A DNA stretch of 63,245 bases, counting the filler, from Octopus bimaculoides (lineage: Eukaryota), in assembly GCF_001194135.2 (NCBI RefSeq). It is 5 parts of 5 records of this genome, joined end to end, with 100 filler letters (N's around TTAATTAATTAA, not from the genome) between each part and the next. Parts side by side here need not be neighbours in the genome. Positions count along the whole stretch, not along the records: positions 1 to 24,484 come from NC_068983.1; 4 more parts are not named here. The stretch is one strand, 5' to 3'. The first letter of the stretch is position 1; each line of letters begins with the position of its first letter. The position numbers were made by a program, and so were the translations under genes. Shown here in pieces: positions 1 to 12,627 of this stretch. A model generated the notes under the pieces. The model saw only the letters and a program-made list of their open reading frames with translations, was not told the DNA's origin and did not search any database.

Positions 1-190
1 TCGCTTGACAACCGATGCTGGTGTGTTTACGTCCCCGCACCTTAGCGGTTCGGCAAAAGAGACTGATAGAATAAGTACTAGGCTTCCAAAGAATAAATCC
101 TGGGGTCGATTTTCTCGACTAAAGGCGGTGCTCCAGCATGGTTGCAGTCAAATGACTGAAACAAGTAAAAGAGAAAAAGAGTAGAAGAGT
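1..190 (+). mobile_element. Family B SINE 3' half with (TAAAAGAG)-type tail
   Basis: gacaaccgatgctggtgtgtttacgtcccc...ggcggtgctccagcatgg..gcagtc..gaaacaagtaaaagag recurs elsewhere in the window. Confidence 0.85.
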
Positions 191-1312
191 AATATTTTCT
201 GATATTAACTTTTAGGTTACATGCAAAGATTGTCTGAAGTTTCTTCACACATTGATTGTACCAAATCTTTCACTTTGCAGAAAACGAATTGTGTGTGTGT
301 GTGTGTGTGTGTGATGACCTCTCGCGTCAAAGACGGCGTTTGAGAGTTCAGCTTTTGCAAAATGACCAGCATAAATGATTTGCTTACAGTATAGTGGGCA
401 AATGCCGCACATTAGTTCACTCTCTTCGTCAAATCGACGTTGTCTGAACAGGAACATTGTGTACTACATGTCAGCTGTTGAAGTGATCGCAGAGCAACAT
501 GAGATGAAGTGCGACATCCTAAGTAACTCCGAGTAACAGTTTTGTTATATTTCTNNNNNNNNNNNNNNNNNNNNNNNNNNNNNNNNNNNNNNNNNNNNNN
601 NNNNNNNNNNNNNNNNNNNNNNNNNNNNNNNNNNNNNNNNNNNNNNNNNNNNNNNNNNNNNNNNNNNNNNNNNNNNNNNNNNNNNNNNNNNNNNNNNNNN
701 NNNNNNNNNNNNNNNNNNNNNNNNNNNNNNNNNNNNNNNNNNNNNNNNNNNNNNNNNNNNNNNNNNNNNNNNNNNNNNNNNNNNNNNNNNNNNNNNNNNN
801 NNNNNNNNNNNNNNNNNNNNNNNNNNNNNNNNNNNNNNNNNNNNNNNNNNNNNNNNNNNNNNNNNNNNNNNNNNNNNNNCCTACAATTTGGAACATACAC
901 AAAGTGTGTGTATGCCATGCATGCCATAAAGACAAAGAAAATTTGTACAAAAGAATATATGAAATTACATAAACCCTTATAAATATTTGTCAGTAACATT
1001 GCAAGGTCAGAACTCGGAACGTAAAGGGACATAACCAGACATAGTAAGGTAATTAATTACACGTTGTACTATTTTTGTCAGTCTATGTCATTATGAAGGT
1101 GTGACATCAAGAGAGTATCCAATTGGTTGCTCGAAAGCCTCGAAATAACTGCCAATTCTCCGCAAACGACAGTTTGCCATTTTAGAAAAGGGCACACTAA
1201 ATAACGCGGTCCTGAGTTAACTATGCATTGCAAAAAATGATTGGAGAGTCACACTTATAATTATTTTGATCATAAGTGTATTTGGTCAGAGATGACAAGT
1301 GTTTAACAACTC

Positions 1313-1403
1313 CTGCTGCCGCTGTTGCTGCTGTTGCTGCTGTTGCTGCTGATGCTGCTCCTGCTTCTGCTCCTGCCGTTCCTGCTTCTGCTGCAGCTGC
1401 TAA
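1313..1403. repeat. (GCT)-rich imperfect microsatellite
   Basis: Direct inspection. Confidence 0.85.
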
Positions 1404-1504
1404 AATGAAATGTTGTCGTTGCTGCTTAAGCTAAAGCCAAACGTGATCAAGTAGACCAAGATGCGCAAGGTGTGACTAGCTTGACGCTTTGTTTTTCTTG
1501 CACT

Positions 1505-1685
1505 GCTTGATAACTGGTGTAAGCTTCTTTATCTTCTCGTTACTCTGTAAAATAGCGGTTCAGCAAAAGGAGACAGACATAATAAGTACTGGGATTAAGT
1601 TAATCGATTAAAACCTTCAAGGTTGTGCCCCCAGCATGGTCGCATTCCAATGAGTGAAACAAGTAAGAGAATAAACGAATAATAT
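1505..1685 (+). mobile_element. Family B SINE 3' half, diverged
   Basis: gcggttcagcaaaag...aataagtact...ccccagcatggtcgca...gaaacaagtaagag. Confidence 0.65.
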
Positions 1686-2128
1686 AATTTTCATCTAAGA
1701 TTACATTATGCAATGTGTCTTTTCGTTTAATAAGTATATTGGATGCAGAATGATGGAAATTTGGCAGCGATATCTAGCATCTTGAATGTCGCCTCTTTTG
1801 AGTGTTTTGGCTCACGGTCATAAGATTGTAACTTTGACTCTCGAGTGAGCAGGGCGTTGTGTCCTTGGGAAATGTATATCATTTCTCATTCTGTGAAATT
1901 AACTCTGCTATGGATTGGGGTTCCGTTCAGAGCGTAGTCTTGTATTCTCATTTGCTTAAGCGCATTGGAAAATGGCATAATTATCCTGTAAATTCGAAAC
2001 GGACTTTAGCATAACTTTACTGTTAATGAAGGAAACATCGTAAACGCTAATTAGTAGTATTTGTGTTGGGAGAAAAATACAATATTAACTCAATGATTAG
2101 TAATATTCAAATCAATCCAGTAAGTAGA

Positions 2129-2129
<1 letters not shown>

Positions 2130-2188
<59 letters not shown>
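2130..2188. repeat. (GATA)n microsatellite
   Basis: Direct inspection. Confidence 0.95.
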
Positions 2189-3206
2189 CTGCAGACTTAT
2201 TTTGGAGTTATTAGACCTCTTTAGTGAATCATAGTACTTAGTGTATATTCCGAGTTAGTGATGAGATAATTACAAATTAGCTATACAAAATTGTGCACAG
2301 ATAGTGTCTTAACACTACTTCGGTAAATACGATGAAAACCATGCAGCGTTGATGAGGTCTCATAAGGCCAAAATATGTCCTCAGTTATTTCCCGTTCTTT
2401 CCAAATTAATTTAATGCTAATCACTGAGATATTGTCTTTTCTTCATCACAAGCATATTTTAATTCGACTTATTATTTATGCTTACTACATGAAATATGTT
2501 AAGAAGAGCTAAACCTCTTCTTTTTTTATGCGGATGGCGCCGCTACATAATTTTCTTTCGTAATTAATTTTTTCTTTTGATTATACATTCATTTAATAAA
2601 AGTACTTTTACAGCATTTATTTTGTGTATAGTTGTTGATGTTTTCATTTTTTATATAATTTGCTGTTGTTGTTGTTTGTCTTGAGAAATTCTGATATTAA
2701 TTTTCGCTTTTAATTGAAAACTTATTTCATAATATGCTCAAGTATCCATTTCTATACGTCTAGCTTTATAATAAATTTAGATATACGGTTGCATGCAAGG
2801 CTGTTAAAAGTTCGTTTCCCGCCCACGTCGTTCAATCTTACTCAGGCGGGCAAATGTTTTTACCATAGCCTCAAATTTCAATGTCTTTCTAACACCAATA
2901 ATCAATTTACGAACATAATTTTTTACTACTTTCAAGTCACCGGACAATTGCTATTTAGAGTACAGCCTTCAAGAGACCCCCAGGACCTAAACGGAAAGAC
3001 ATCCAAACGTGATATAAGTGTCCATAAGTTTGACGGATATAAATAAGGAATTTCTGCTCATTGTACTGATTTTGTTACTTCAATCAGTGCACACACATAT
3101 ACAAACATGCTTCTATATGTGTAAACCTATGTTTGTATGAGTGTATGTATGCGTGTGTATACGTATGGGCATGTCTGTGAATATATACAAATATATGTAT
3201 ATATAC

Positions 3207-3263
<57 letters not shown>

Positions 3264-3529
3264 ACCCTATGTAAATTTATGTAAATTGTAGTCAAGACGA
3301 CATGTGGTTACTCTGGTTTTAAGGCTAGCTGAGCGGTTCTGAAAGCATTCCTCTAGTCAACAAAATATCTCTATGTAAGTCAATGTATGGCCATATTCTA
3401 AATACAAATATACAGTACCGGACCTCTTTTCCGACTTGCAGATATCCGGAATCATCCCCCCACCCAAATGGTTATTTTGAACAGGTGATTCTCTCACAGT
3501 TACATGTTTACATATGTGAATTTATTATA

Positions 3530-3685
3530 GTTTCTATTTATGTGATAAGAAGCTTGCTTCCCAATCACACGGCTCCGGGTTCAGTCCCATTGCGTGAGAT
3601 CTTCGGCAAATGGTTCCTACTATAACCAATGTTCGATCAAATCCTCGTGAATAGATATGATGGACGAAAACTGAAAGAAACATAC

Positions 3686-3725
<40 letters not shown>
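3530..3725 (+). mobile_element. Family B SINE tRNA-like head plus internal (TG)n
   Basis: agaagcttgcttcccaatcac..ccgggttcagtccca...gaaactgaaagaa, followed by (TG)n. Confidence 0.75.
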
Positions 3726-3727
<2 letters not shown>

Positions 3728-3744
3728 CTCTCGTTGCTCCAGGC

Positions 3745-3903
3745 CATTCAGCAAAAATGAGTTGTACTTGTAATTCAACGGGGCGGCCATGTCACAGTGT
3801 CACACTGAATCTCCAGGTGAACTACGTTAAAGATAAGCGTGTCTACGAAGTGCTGACCACCTGCAGTTTAATTTCATGATTAAGCTGTTCAGTTGATCGA
3901 ATC
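3745..3903 (+). mobile_element. Family C SINE 3' part, interrupted by the hAT MITE and resuming at 4480-4500
   Basis: tgtcacactgaatctcc...aactacgttaa...gctgttcagttgatcg matches 18860-18970. Confidence 0.65.
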
Positions 3904-3911
3904 CTCTAGAA

Positions 3912-4471
3912 CAATGGTTGCCAAACTTTTTAGAGATGCGACCCACTATTTATGACACCAGTTTATGGCGACCCACTTAACTCTACTCGGTAAAAACATT
4001 AACGAAAGAAACAAATTTATTTCGGATTACATTTTCATTGAGGCCTGTGAGAAGGCCTCATTTATATTAAATGTGAAGCAAAACGTTTTATAACTGTTTC
4101 AACGTCTCCATACCCAATGGGCAGGTATTAACTCTAATACAAAACCTCGAAGCAGTAACTGTTATCGGCTCGATCAGTGTTGTACTGCGCCTAGTTAAAG
4201 TTCTCTATAAATAGGTAAAAACAGACTTTTCCTTTTACGATTACGTACGAATAAATAACTTGAGAAAATGACCACCTCTGATTTGTTAAGTTCGTGAAAA
4301 AAGCCTACTGCTTGATAAAACAACCAGTCTGGTATTGAAGACATGAGTCTTGAACTCATGATAGACAGCAGTTAATCAAAGCTAATGCGTAATTTTATAA
4401 CTTTTTGCGACCCACTAGGATTCCGTTCGCGACCCATCAGTGGGTCGCGACTCATGGTTTGGGAACCACTG
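3912..4471. mobile_element. hAT (Charlie-like) MITE
   Basis: TIRs CAATGGTTGCCAAAC / GTTTGGGAACCACTG and a perfect 8-bp TSD CTCTAGAA at 3904-3911 and 4472-4479. Confidence 0.9.
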
Positions 4472-4805
4472 CTCTAGAACACTCGTCATAACCGACGGTG
4501 AGCAAGGCCATGCATATGCATGTTTATTTGTATTTGTATCTATCTATTTATCTATACATACGTACATACATGTGTGTGTGCCTCTGTGCATGTGTGTGTG
4601 TGTGTGTGCCTCTNNNNNNNNNNTGTGTGTGTGTGTGTGTGTGTGTTATGTAGCAATGCTTCAACAAGTAGAAAAGCACTCGATCAGCTAAGAGATAATC
4701 TTCAAAAAAAAAAAAAAGATCTTGTGAATACAGATTCCAAGCATTTCCTTGTCGAAATAATAATTCAATCCTGGGTAGTTGCATTTACAAAATTTGTGGT
4801 TTTTC

Positions 4806-4806
<1 letters not shown>

Positions 4807-4856
<50 letters not shown>

Positions 4857-4888
4857 CATTATTATTATTGTTGTTGTTGTTGTTGTTT

Positions 4889-4923
<35 letters not shown>

Positions 4924-4925
4924 GC

Positions 4926-4995
<70 letters not shown>

Positions 4996-4996
4996 T
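4807..4996. repeat. Compound (TTA)n-(TTG)n-(TTA)n microsatellite
   Basis: Direct inspection. Confidence 0.95.
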
Positions 4997-5420
4997 CATA
5001 CCCACACACACATATATATGCATGTATATATGCATGCATGTATGTCATTGTTCAGTTTTATTTCAAGATTTCTTGCCAATAGCGAAAGAACCGGTTTCTA
5101 ACCTAGATCCAAGGCTCCTTGACAAAAATAACTAATTGATTAATTAACCGAATATTTATTCAGACAGTTAATTAGTAAAATATTTTACCAACTGACAAAT
5201 AATAAAGATGTGGCTTTGTGTCCCACAAGTAGCCTTCGACTACTTTAAATCCAAAGATCGAAAAAGTTTTATATGCTATTGTTTATAGCTCTGTTTGCTT
5301 CAAGATTCACCATTCCAAAAATAAATTATTTCACGCTCGTTCGAAAACATCTAAATTCTTATATCATCAACGAAAGGGCACACACACACACATACACACA
5401 CACACACACATACACACACA

Positions 5421-5454
<34 letters not shown>

Positions 5455-5573
5455 TAATTGATATATATGTGCATGTATATATACATATGTATACATTCAT
5501 ACATACACAAATTAAGATATGGTTGGTGTGGTATGAAATTTCTAAAGCAGTTTCCAAAGTTCAGGGACCTCAA

Positions 5574-5628
<55 letters not shown>

Positions 5629-6288
5629 TGTGCGCGCGCGTGTGTGTGAAAGCAGTAACAGGAATGACAAAGAAAATAAAAAGAGGGAAAAGTAAGAAAG
5701 AGACGGCAGAATGCCGACAAAAGATAACATTTCCTCAGATCAGTAAGAAAACGTCTGTAGAAGCCAGATTGTCACTCCTTACCTTCTTTTGAATTTTCTT
5801 TTAAATCTCTCCCTCATATGATTCACTATTTTAATGAATATTCCATTTGTTTCTTTCTATTTGATTATATATTGTTGTTACTACTGTTTAGTCCGAGGTC
5901 ATTTATGGTTCATGATCAAAGAGGAGTCTTTTTTTGACATCAGGAGTTATGTCAAAAAATATAATTCTGCCTGCATAAATCTCTGTTCAAATGAATTTCA
6001 GATTTAAACCTGACTTGTACGCGCGCGCGCGTATCTCCATATATTTAATGGCGATTATGATTATACTACAATATTTAGAAATGTAACCTAAATAACCCCT
6101 ATAATCTCATCAACATGAAAACTCTAAGACTGAATGCGGGATCATTAGATCGTCGATAAACGCTGGCATGGTTAAACTATACCAGTGTATAGTGTATAGA
6201 TAGATAGATAGATAAGTAGATAGATAGATAGTTAGATACATATATACATACATACACACACACATATGTATGTAAGTATGTATGTATC

Positions 6289-6643
6289 TTGGCACTTCGT
6301 CTGTTACGACGATGAGGGTTCCAGCTGATCCTATCAACTGAACAGCCCACTCGTGAAATTAAGGTACAAGTGGCTGAGCACTCCACAATGTACCATTAAC
6401 GCAGTTCCCGAGGAGAAGATTCAGTGTGACACCTGGCCCTTTGAAATACAGGTAGAACAGAAACAGGAAGAAAGAGTGAGAAAAAGAATACAGCAGGGTT
6501 GGCCACCACCTCCCGCCGGAGCCTCGTGGAACTTTTTAGGTGTTTTCGCTCAAAAAACACTCACAACGCCCGGTCTGGGAATCGAAACCACGATCCTACG
6601 GCTGCGAGTCCACTGTCCTAACTACTAGGCCATTGCGCTTCCA
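6289..6643 (-). mobile_element. Full-length family C SINE
   Basis: Reverse complement of the 18641-19011 element, ending ...actaggccattgcgcttcca. Confidence 0.85.
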
Positions 6644-6647
6644 TGTA

Positions 6648-6878
6648 TACTCTTTACTCTTTTACTCTTTTACTTGTTTCAGTTATTTGACTGCGGCCAT
6701 GCTGGAGCACCGCCTTTATAGTCGAGCAAATCGACTCCAGAGCTTATTCTTTGTAAGCCTAGTACTTATTCTATCGGTCTCTTTTGCCGAACCGCTAAGT
6801 TACGGTGACGCAAACACACCAGCATCGGTTGTCAAGCGATGATGGGGGGACAAACAGACACACAAACATACACACACA
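6648..6878 (-). mobile_element. Family B SINE 3' half; the head is probably in the gap
   Basis: Reverse complement of the 1-190 sequence. Confidence 0.85.
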
Positions 6879-7430
6879 NNNNNNNNNNNNNNNNNNNNNN
6901 NNNNNNNNNNNNNNNNNNNNNNNNNNNNNNNNNNNNNNNNNNNNNNNNNNNNNNNNNNNNNNNNNNNNNNNNNNNNNNNNNNNNNNNNNNNNNNNNNNNN
7001 NNNNNNNNNNNNNNNNNNNNNNNNNNNNNNNNNNNNNNNNNNNNNNNNNNNNNNNNNNNNNNNNNNNNNNNNNNNNNNNNNNNNNNNNNNNNNNNNNNNN
7101 NNNNNNNNNNNNNNNNNNNNNNNNNNNNNNNNNNNNNNNNNNNNNNNNNNNNNNNNNNNNNNNNNNNNNNNNNNNNNNNNNNNNNNNNNNNNNNNNNNNN
7201 NNNNNNNNNNNNNNNNNNNNNNNNNNNNNNNNNNNNNNNNNNNNNNNNNNNNNNNNNNNNNNNNNNNNNNNNNNNNNNNNNNNNNNNNNNNNNNNNNNNN
7301 NNNNNNNNNNNNNNNNNNNNNNNNNNNNNNNNNNNNNNNNNNNNNNNNNNNNNNNNNNNNNNNNNNNNNNNNNNNNNNNNNNNNNNNNNNNNNNNNNNNN
7401 NNNNNNNNNNNNNNNNNNNNNNNNNNNNNN

Positions 7431-7466
<36 letters not shown>

Positions 7467-7509
7467 AAAAAGATAAAAGATAAAAGTAAAAATATATACA
7501 TACTTGCAG

Positions 7510-7990
7510 GCGAATGTGGGGTGCGCAATGTGTGTGTTTCAAGCTAGTGTGGACGACCATATGCACATAGGCACATGTATGTGGGTGCGTGTACGCGCTT
7601 GTGTATGTATGGACATGCGCTCATACGCGTTCACCATGAGCATATTTACACCTTTACTTTTTATTCTTATTGCTTATTTTTTTACACTTTTTAAAACATT
7701 TTCTGTATTTTGCCTTTAGCCCTGATTTTTCTTGTGCATGTGCGTATATAGACGTATGTGTGGACCTTTCTGTGCGCACACGTGTGTGTGCGAGCGTGTA
7801 TACGGGCATGTATATATTTTAATTTTTGGGGGGCAAATGTGTGGGTGCGCATGTGTGTGTTTCAAGTGAGGGTGGATAAGTATACACATATAGGCACTTG
7901 TACGTAGGTGTGCGGGCGCGCAAGTGTATGTATGGACATGCGCGCTTACGCGATTACTGTGAACATTTTTACTCCTTTACCTTTTATTCC
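7510..7990. repeat. Diverged tandem duplication (~320-bp period)
   Basis: gtgcgca.tgtgtgtgtttcaag...cacataggcac.tgta.gt.ggtg...tatggacatgcgc occurs twice. Confidence 0.65.
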
Positions 7991-8102
7991 CTCCCCTTAC
8001 TGAGCAGTCATTCTAATAGCTCTTTTGTCTTAATAACGGTCAATCACACAGTAATTTCCCTTTGTTTAACGGTCATTTTCAGAGCATATTTTTCGATGGA
8101 CC

Positions 8103-8163
8103 GATAACTGAAGAGATGCCGGCGTGGGTTTCCGCCCCGACATCCGAAACTCGGAGTTTTAAC
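8103..8163 (+). ncRNA. Second-family minimal hammerhead ribozyme-like motif
   Basis: GAUAA CUGAAGA GAUGCCGG...CCGACAUC C GAAAC UC-G-GA GUU UUAAC. Stem II has 7/8 pairs, stem III is ACUC/GAGU with a 1-nt loop, stem I has 4/5 pairs. Confidence 0.5.
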
Positions 8164-9472
8164 ATGGCTACCGAATAATTATAACATATTATATTTTCAG
8201 ATAAATTCTTCTATTTACATAATATCGAGGTCTCTTTCATTCTTTTGTTGTCTTGCCATTTCTATTAATATATATATGCATNNNNNNNNNNNNNNNNNNN
8301 NNNNNNNNNNNNNNNNNNNNNNNNNNNNNNNNNNNNNNNNNNNNNNNNNNNNNNNNNNNNNNNNNNNNNNNNNNNNNNNNNNNNNNNNNNNNNNNNNNNN
8401 NNNNNNNNNNNNNNNNNNNNNNNNNNNNNNNNNNNNNNNNNNNNNNNNNNNNNNNNNNNNNNNNNNNNNNNNNNNNNNNNNNNNNNNNNNNNNNNNNNNN
8501 NNNNNNNNNNNNNNNNNNNNNNNNNNNNNNNNNNNNNNNNNNNNNNNNNNNNNNNNNNNNNNNNNNNNNNNNNNNNNNNNNNNNNNNNNNNNNNNNNNNN
8601 NNNNNNNNNNNNNNNNNNNNNNNNNNNNNNNNNNNNNNNNNNNNNNNNNNNNNNTATATATATAGTATATTCTATTGTGTTACATTATATATCATTGTCC
8701 TTAAAAAGAGAATATTTTGCTTATGTATGTCAAACAAAGTAGAGAAAAAGAATTCATTATTATTCGAATTCATAATAGCTTTGTTGTCATTTATTAGATT
8801 TTGACATCTTACTTTTAAATGTTTTATATCTGTCTGAGATCTCAATATTTACATGAATAATAGAATAGACACAATACAGATTTTGTAAACAGCCAAGTTT
8901 TCTTTACTATCAGATATTTCAGAGTTTGCTAAACAGATACAACAATTCAGTTGTCACTGAAACTGATAGAAATAGTAACCAAATCTAACAAATCATAACG
9001 TATAGTCTTGAAGTAGCAACGAATACTCTGCACAATGCAAGACATGTCAAATTATTAGGTTTCATTGTTCAGTAATCCTTATGTTATACGATACACATCA
9101 GAGTTTGGTAGCCAAGCTTACCCGCAACATATCGGAGCGTTGATTCAGATGTTATACTTCTCTGTTATGCATTGCTTACATCACTTTGATCCATTTGAAT
9201 ATGAGTTAGTAGATTCGACTGTGTTCCTCCTGATAGCGGTATTGTTAGAACAACTTATTTTTCTACGTGCAGGCATATGAAGAAATTTCTCTACGAGTAA
9301 TTTCAGTGAGAGACTGAGTTAGCTTTCTTACAACTACATGCACAAATTATCGGCTAAAAGAACTTTCTAACAACTCATAGAAATTTCTATTTATGTAGTA
9401 CTATATTGTTCATCCACCAGTGGCTTCCTTGTAGTATTACCCCGTTTTTTTTTAATGAAAGACAAACTGATT

Positions 9473-9521
<49 letters not shown>

Positions 9522-10112
9522 CACACATATTAAAATACTTCATGTTCCACAGTGTGGTGTGTCTTACCACCTATCCAAAGATAAACAATGAAAATTGTAG
9601 TAGGTGACATATTCCCTTCCTTTAACTTGTGAGCGGCAAACTCAGTTCTTCTGTTCATTTAATTTTCAGTTTTGGTTAAAGAATCTTGCGTAGAAAAAAA
9701 CCCTAAATGAACCATCTGTTTCGAGCAAATCAATGAACTCTACAGGTATTTAGTACCTTTGCACTTTTAGATATATCTAACTATATATGTATTATATTAA
9801 AGAGGTTTTAGAAATTCGAGCGGCTTCCTCAGTCAGCACTACTGCGAATACTAGCTAACAGAGTGCATAGAAATAGACAGTTTTCCTTAAAGGATGTTAT
9901 TCTATAGAAATTGACATTCATGGGATAATCTATTAGTCCCAAAGTATAACTGAGTAAATCCAAGAATGGAGTTGATGGAGTAAGTGCAAGAATGATATTG
10001 CACTTATTCCTTCATTCTGATCGTTTCATTGATACATGGCACAGATGCATATGCATATAAATGATTGTGTTTTAAATGTTGGCATGGGACCAACAATTTC
10101 AAGGAACAGAGT

Positions 10113-10280
10113 AAATCGATTACATCGACCCCAGTAATCAATTGGTATTTATTTTATCGATCTCGAAAGGATGAAAAGCAAAGTTGGCCTCTACGGAATT
10201 TGAACTCAGAACGTAAAGATGGAGGAAATGCACTAAGCATTTTGCCCGGCGCGGTAACGGTTCTGCCAGCTCACCGCCTT
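10113..10280 (-). mobile_element. Family A tRNA-derived SINE; central ttcatcctttcg..gtcgataaaataagtacc domain resembles Deu/Nin-type SINEs
   Basis: Reverse complement of ggcggtgagctggcagaa..gttaccgc..gggcaaaatgcttag...gagttcaaattcc. Confidence 0.8.
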
Positions 10281-10644
10281 AAATGATTGTTTAATATTGC
10301 AACATATTACTTGTAATTCTTGTTCATCTTGTCAAACCTTTATCTAACGAGAGAAACATGGAATATTCCCATGTAGTATTGTCTTAAGACGGTTGAAGCC
10401 TGATAGTTTAAAGTGATATTCTCTCCCTCAAGTTTACGTTTGGTTCATTTTAATTATGCTTTCGTGTTTGAAATACCTGTCATATATTGTGGATGAGCAA
10501 TGTCTGTTGGTCTACGTTTTTTAATTGATTTTATAAGTTTGAAGTTCTATGTTTTGTATGTAGCATTTTCAATTTCTGTGTTTCTTAGCTATACATATGA
10601 AACGATTTATGTTTGAGATTTGTAATTTATATTTGCAATAATTC

Positions 10645-10852
10645 TCTCTAATATAGGCACAAGACCTGGAATTTGGGGAGTAGATAGTCGATTAAATCGA
10701 CCCCGGTATACAACTGGTACTTATTTTAAAGACCCCGAAAGGATCAAAGATGAAGTCGACCTCGGCGGATTTGAACTCAGAAAGTAAAGACAGACGAAAT
10801 GCCGCTAAGCATTTTACCCGACGCGGTAACGATTCTTCCAGCTCACCGCCTT
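10645..10852 (-). mobile_element. Family A SINE
   Basis: Same consensus; head at 10852. Confidence 0.85.
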
Positions 10853-10883
10853 CGTTTGTATTTGTAATAATAAGCAGATATTT

Positions 10884-11095
10884 AAGGTAGCGAGTTGGCA
10901 GAAACGTTAGCACACCGGGCAAAAATGCTTAGCGGCATTTCGTCCGTCTTGAGTTCAAATTCCACCGATGTCGACTTTACCGATGTCGATGTCCTTTCGG
11001 GATCGATAAAATAAGTACAAGCTTAGTACTGGGGTCGGTGTAACCGACTTAGCTCCTTCCCCGAAACTGCTGATTTTGTGCCAAAATATGAAGCT
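10884..11095 (+). mobile_element. Family A SINE
   Basis: ggtagcgagttggcagaaacgttagcacaccggg...gagttcaaattcc...gatcgataaaataagtac. Confidence 0.85.
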
Positions 11096-11524
11096 AATAA
11101 TAAGCAGATGTAGACATAATGAACATATTACACAAAATTTCGTTCTTGCTTCTTGCTGCTTTCCTGTTTTGAACGCTGGTGACGTAAGATTGAATGTTAC
11201 TGCCCAGGTATCGAAGCCGAAATTATATTCATTAGGCAGATGATGCTGGAATTATACTTCTGAAGTGCCTTTGTCTGTGAATCAGTTATACCATGTGTTC
11301 TCATTGCTCTTCTTTTTCTTTGTGTAGGACATATCAAGGGATTTTTGGTTTGTCGTGATTTTGTGTTTATATTATAGCATATATGGATATTGCATGATTG
11401 TTCTTCTTAGGAATTCTAATTCTGATAAGAGTAATACTCACTTAAGGTGTCTAGATTATGGAGGTTTTGCTACTTACACACGCACGCACACACAATTGTA
11501 TGTTGATATCTATACATACATACA

Positions 11525-11560
<36 letters not shown>

Positions 11561-11723
11561 TATATACACACACAAATTATAGTGAGAATGGATACATAAG
11601 GGTGGAAGACCACAGGAACAATACCGTATATCCAACGGTAGCCAATATCGTATATCCAACTCTAGCCCGTTTTTATATATTGTTATATTAATATATGATT
11701 ATACAAAAAATTGCAGCTTACAT

Positions 11724-11760
<37 letters not shown>

Positions 11761-12627
11761 NNNNNNNNNNNNNNNNNNNNNNNNNNNNNNNNNNNNNNNN
11801 NNNNNNNNNNNNNNNNNNNNNNNNNNNNNNNNNNNNNNNNNNNNNNNNNNNNNNNNNNNNNNNNNNNNNNNNNNNNNNNNNNNNNNNNNNNNNNNNNNNN
11901 NNNNNNNNNNNNNNNNNNNNNNNNNNNNNNNNNNNNNNNNNNNNNNNNNNNNNNNNNNNNNNNNNNNNNNNNNNNNNNNNNNNNNNNNNNNNNNNNNNNN
12001 NNNNNNNNNNNNNNNNNNNNNNNNNNNNNNNNNNNNNNNNNNNNNNNNNNNNNNNNNNNNNNNNNNNNNNNNNNNNNNNNNNNNNNNNNNNNNNNNNNNN
12101 NNNNNNNNNNNNNNNNNNNNNNNNNNNNNNNNNNNNNNNNNNNNNNNNNNNNNNNNNNNNNNNNNNNNNNNNNNNNNNNNNNNNNNNNNNNNNNNNNNNN
12201 NNNNNNNNNNNNNNNNNNNNNNNNNNNNNNNNNNNNNNNNNNNNNNNNNNNNNNNNNNNNNNNNNNNNNNNNNNNNNNNNNNNNNNNNNNNNNNNNNNNN
12301 NNNNNNNNNNNNNNNNNNNNNNNNNNNNNNNNNNNNNNNNNNNNNNNNNNNNNNNNNNNNNNNNNNNNNNNNNNNNNNNNNNNNNNNNNNNNNNNNNNNN
12401 NNNNNNNNNNNNNNNNNNNNNNNNNNNNNNNNNNNNNNNNNNNNNNNNNNNNNNNNNNNNNNNNNNNNNNNNNNNNNNNNNNNNNNNNNNNNNNNNNNNN
12501 NNNNNNNNNNNNNNNNNNNNNNNNNNNNNNNNNNNNNNNNNNNNNNNNNNNNNNNNNNNNNNNNNNNNNNNNNNNNNNNNNNNNNNNNNNNNNNNNNNNN
12601 NNNNNNNNNNNNNNNNNNNNNNNNNNN

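Noticed and set aside
2349-2379. Hammerhead-like relic TTGATGA-GGTC..GGCC-AAAA-TATGTC
   Set aside because: Three core positions are altered and stem I does not form; too degraded to call.
6139-6170. CTGAATG...GATC..GATC..GATAAAC, vaguely hammerhead-like
   Set aside because: The core does not match the consensus.
11328-11446. Possible exon after a pyrimidine-rich tgtgtag acceptor (DISRDFWFVVILCLYY...)
   Set aside because: Weak donor (AAG|gtgtct), no similarity to PDE4 or any recognised protein.
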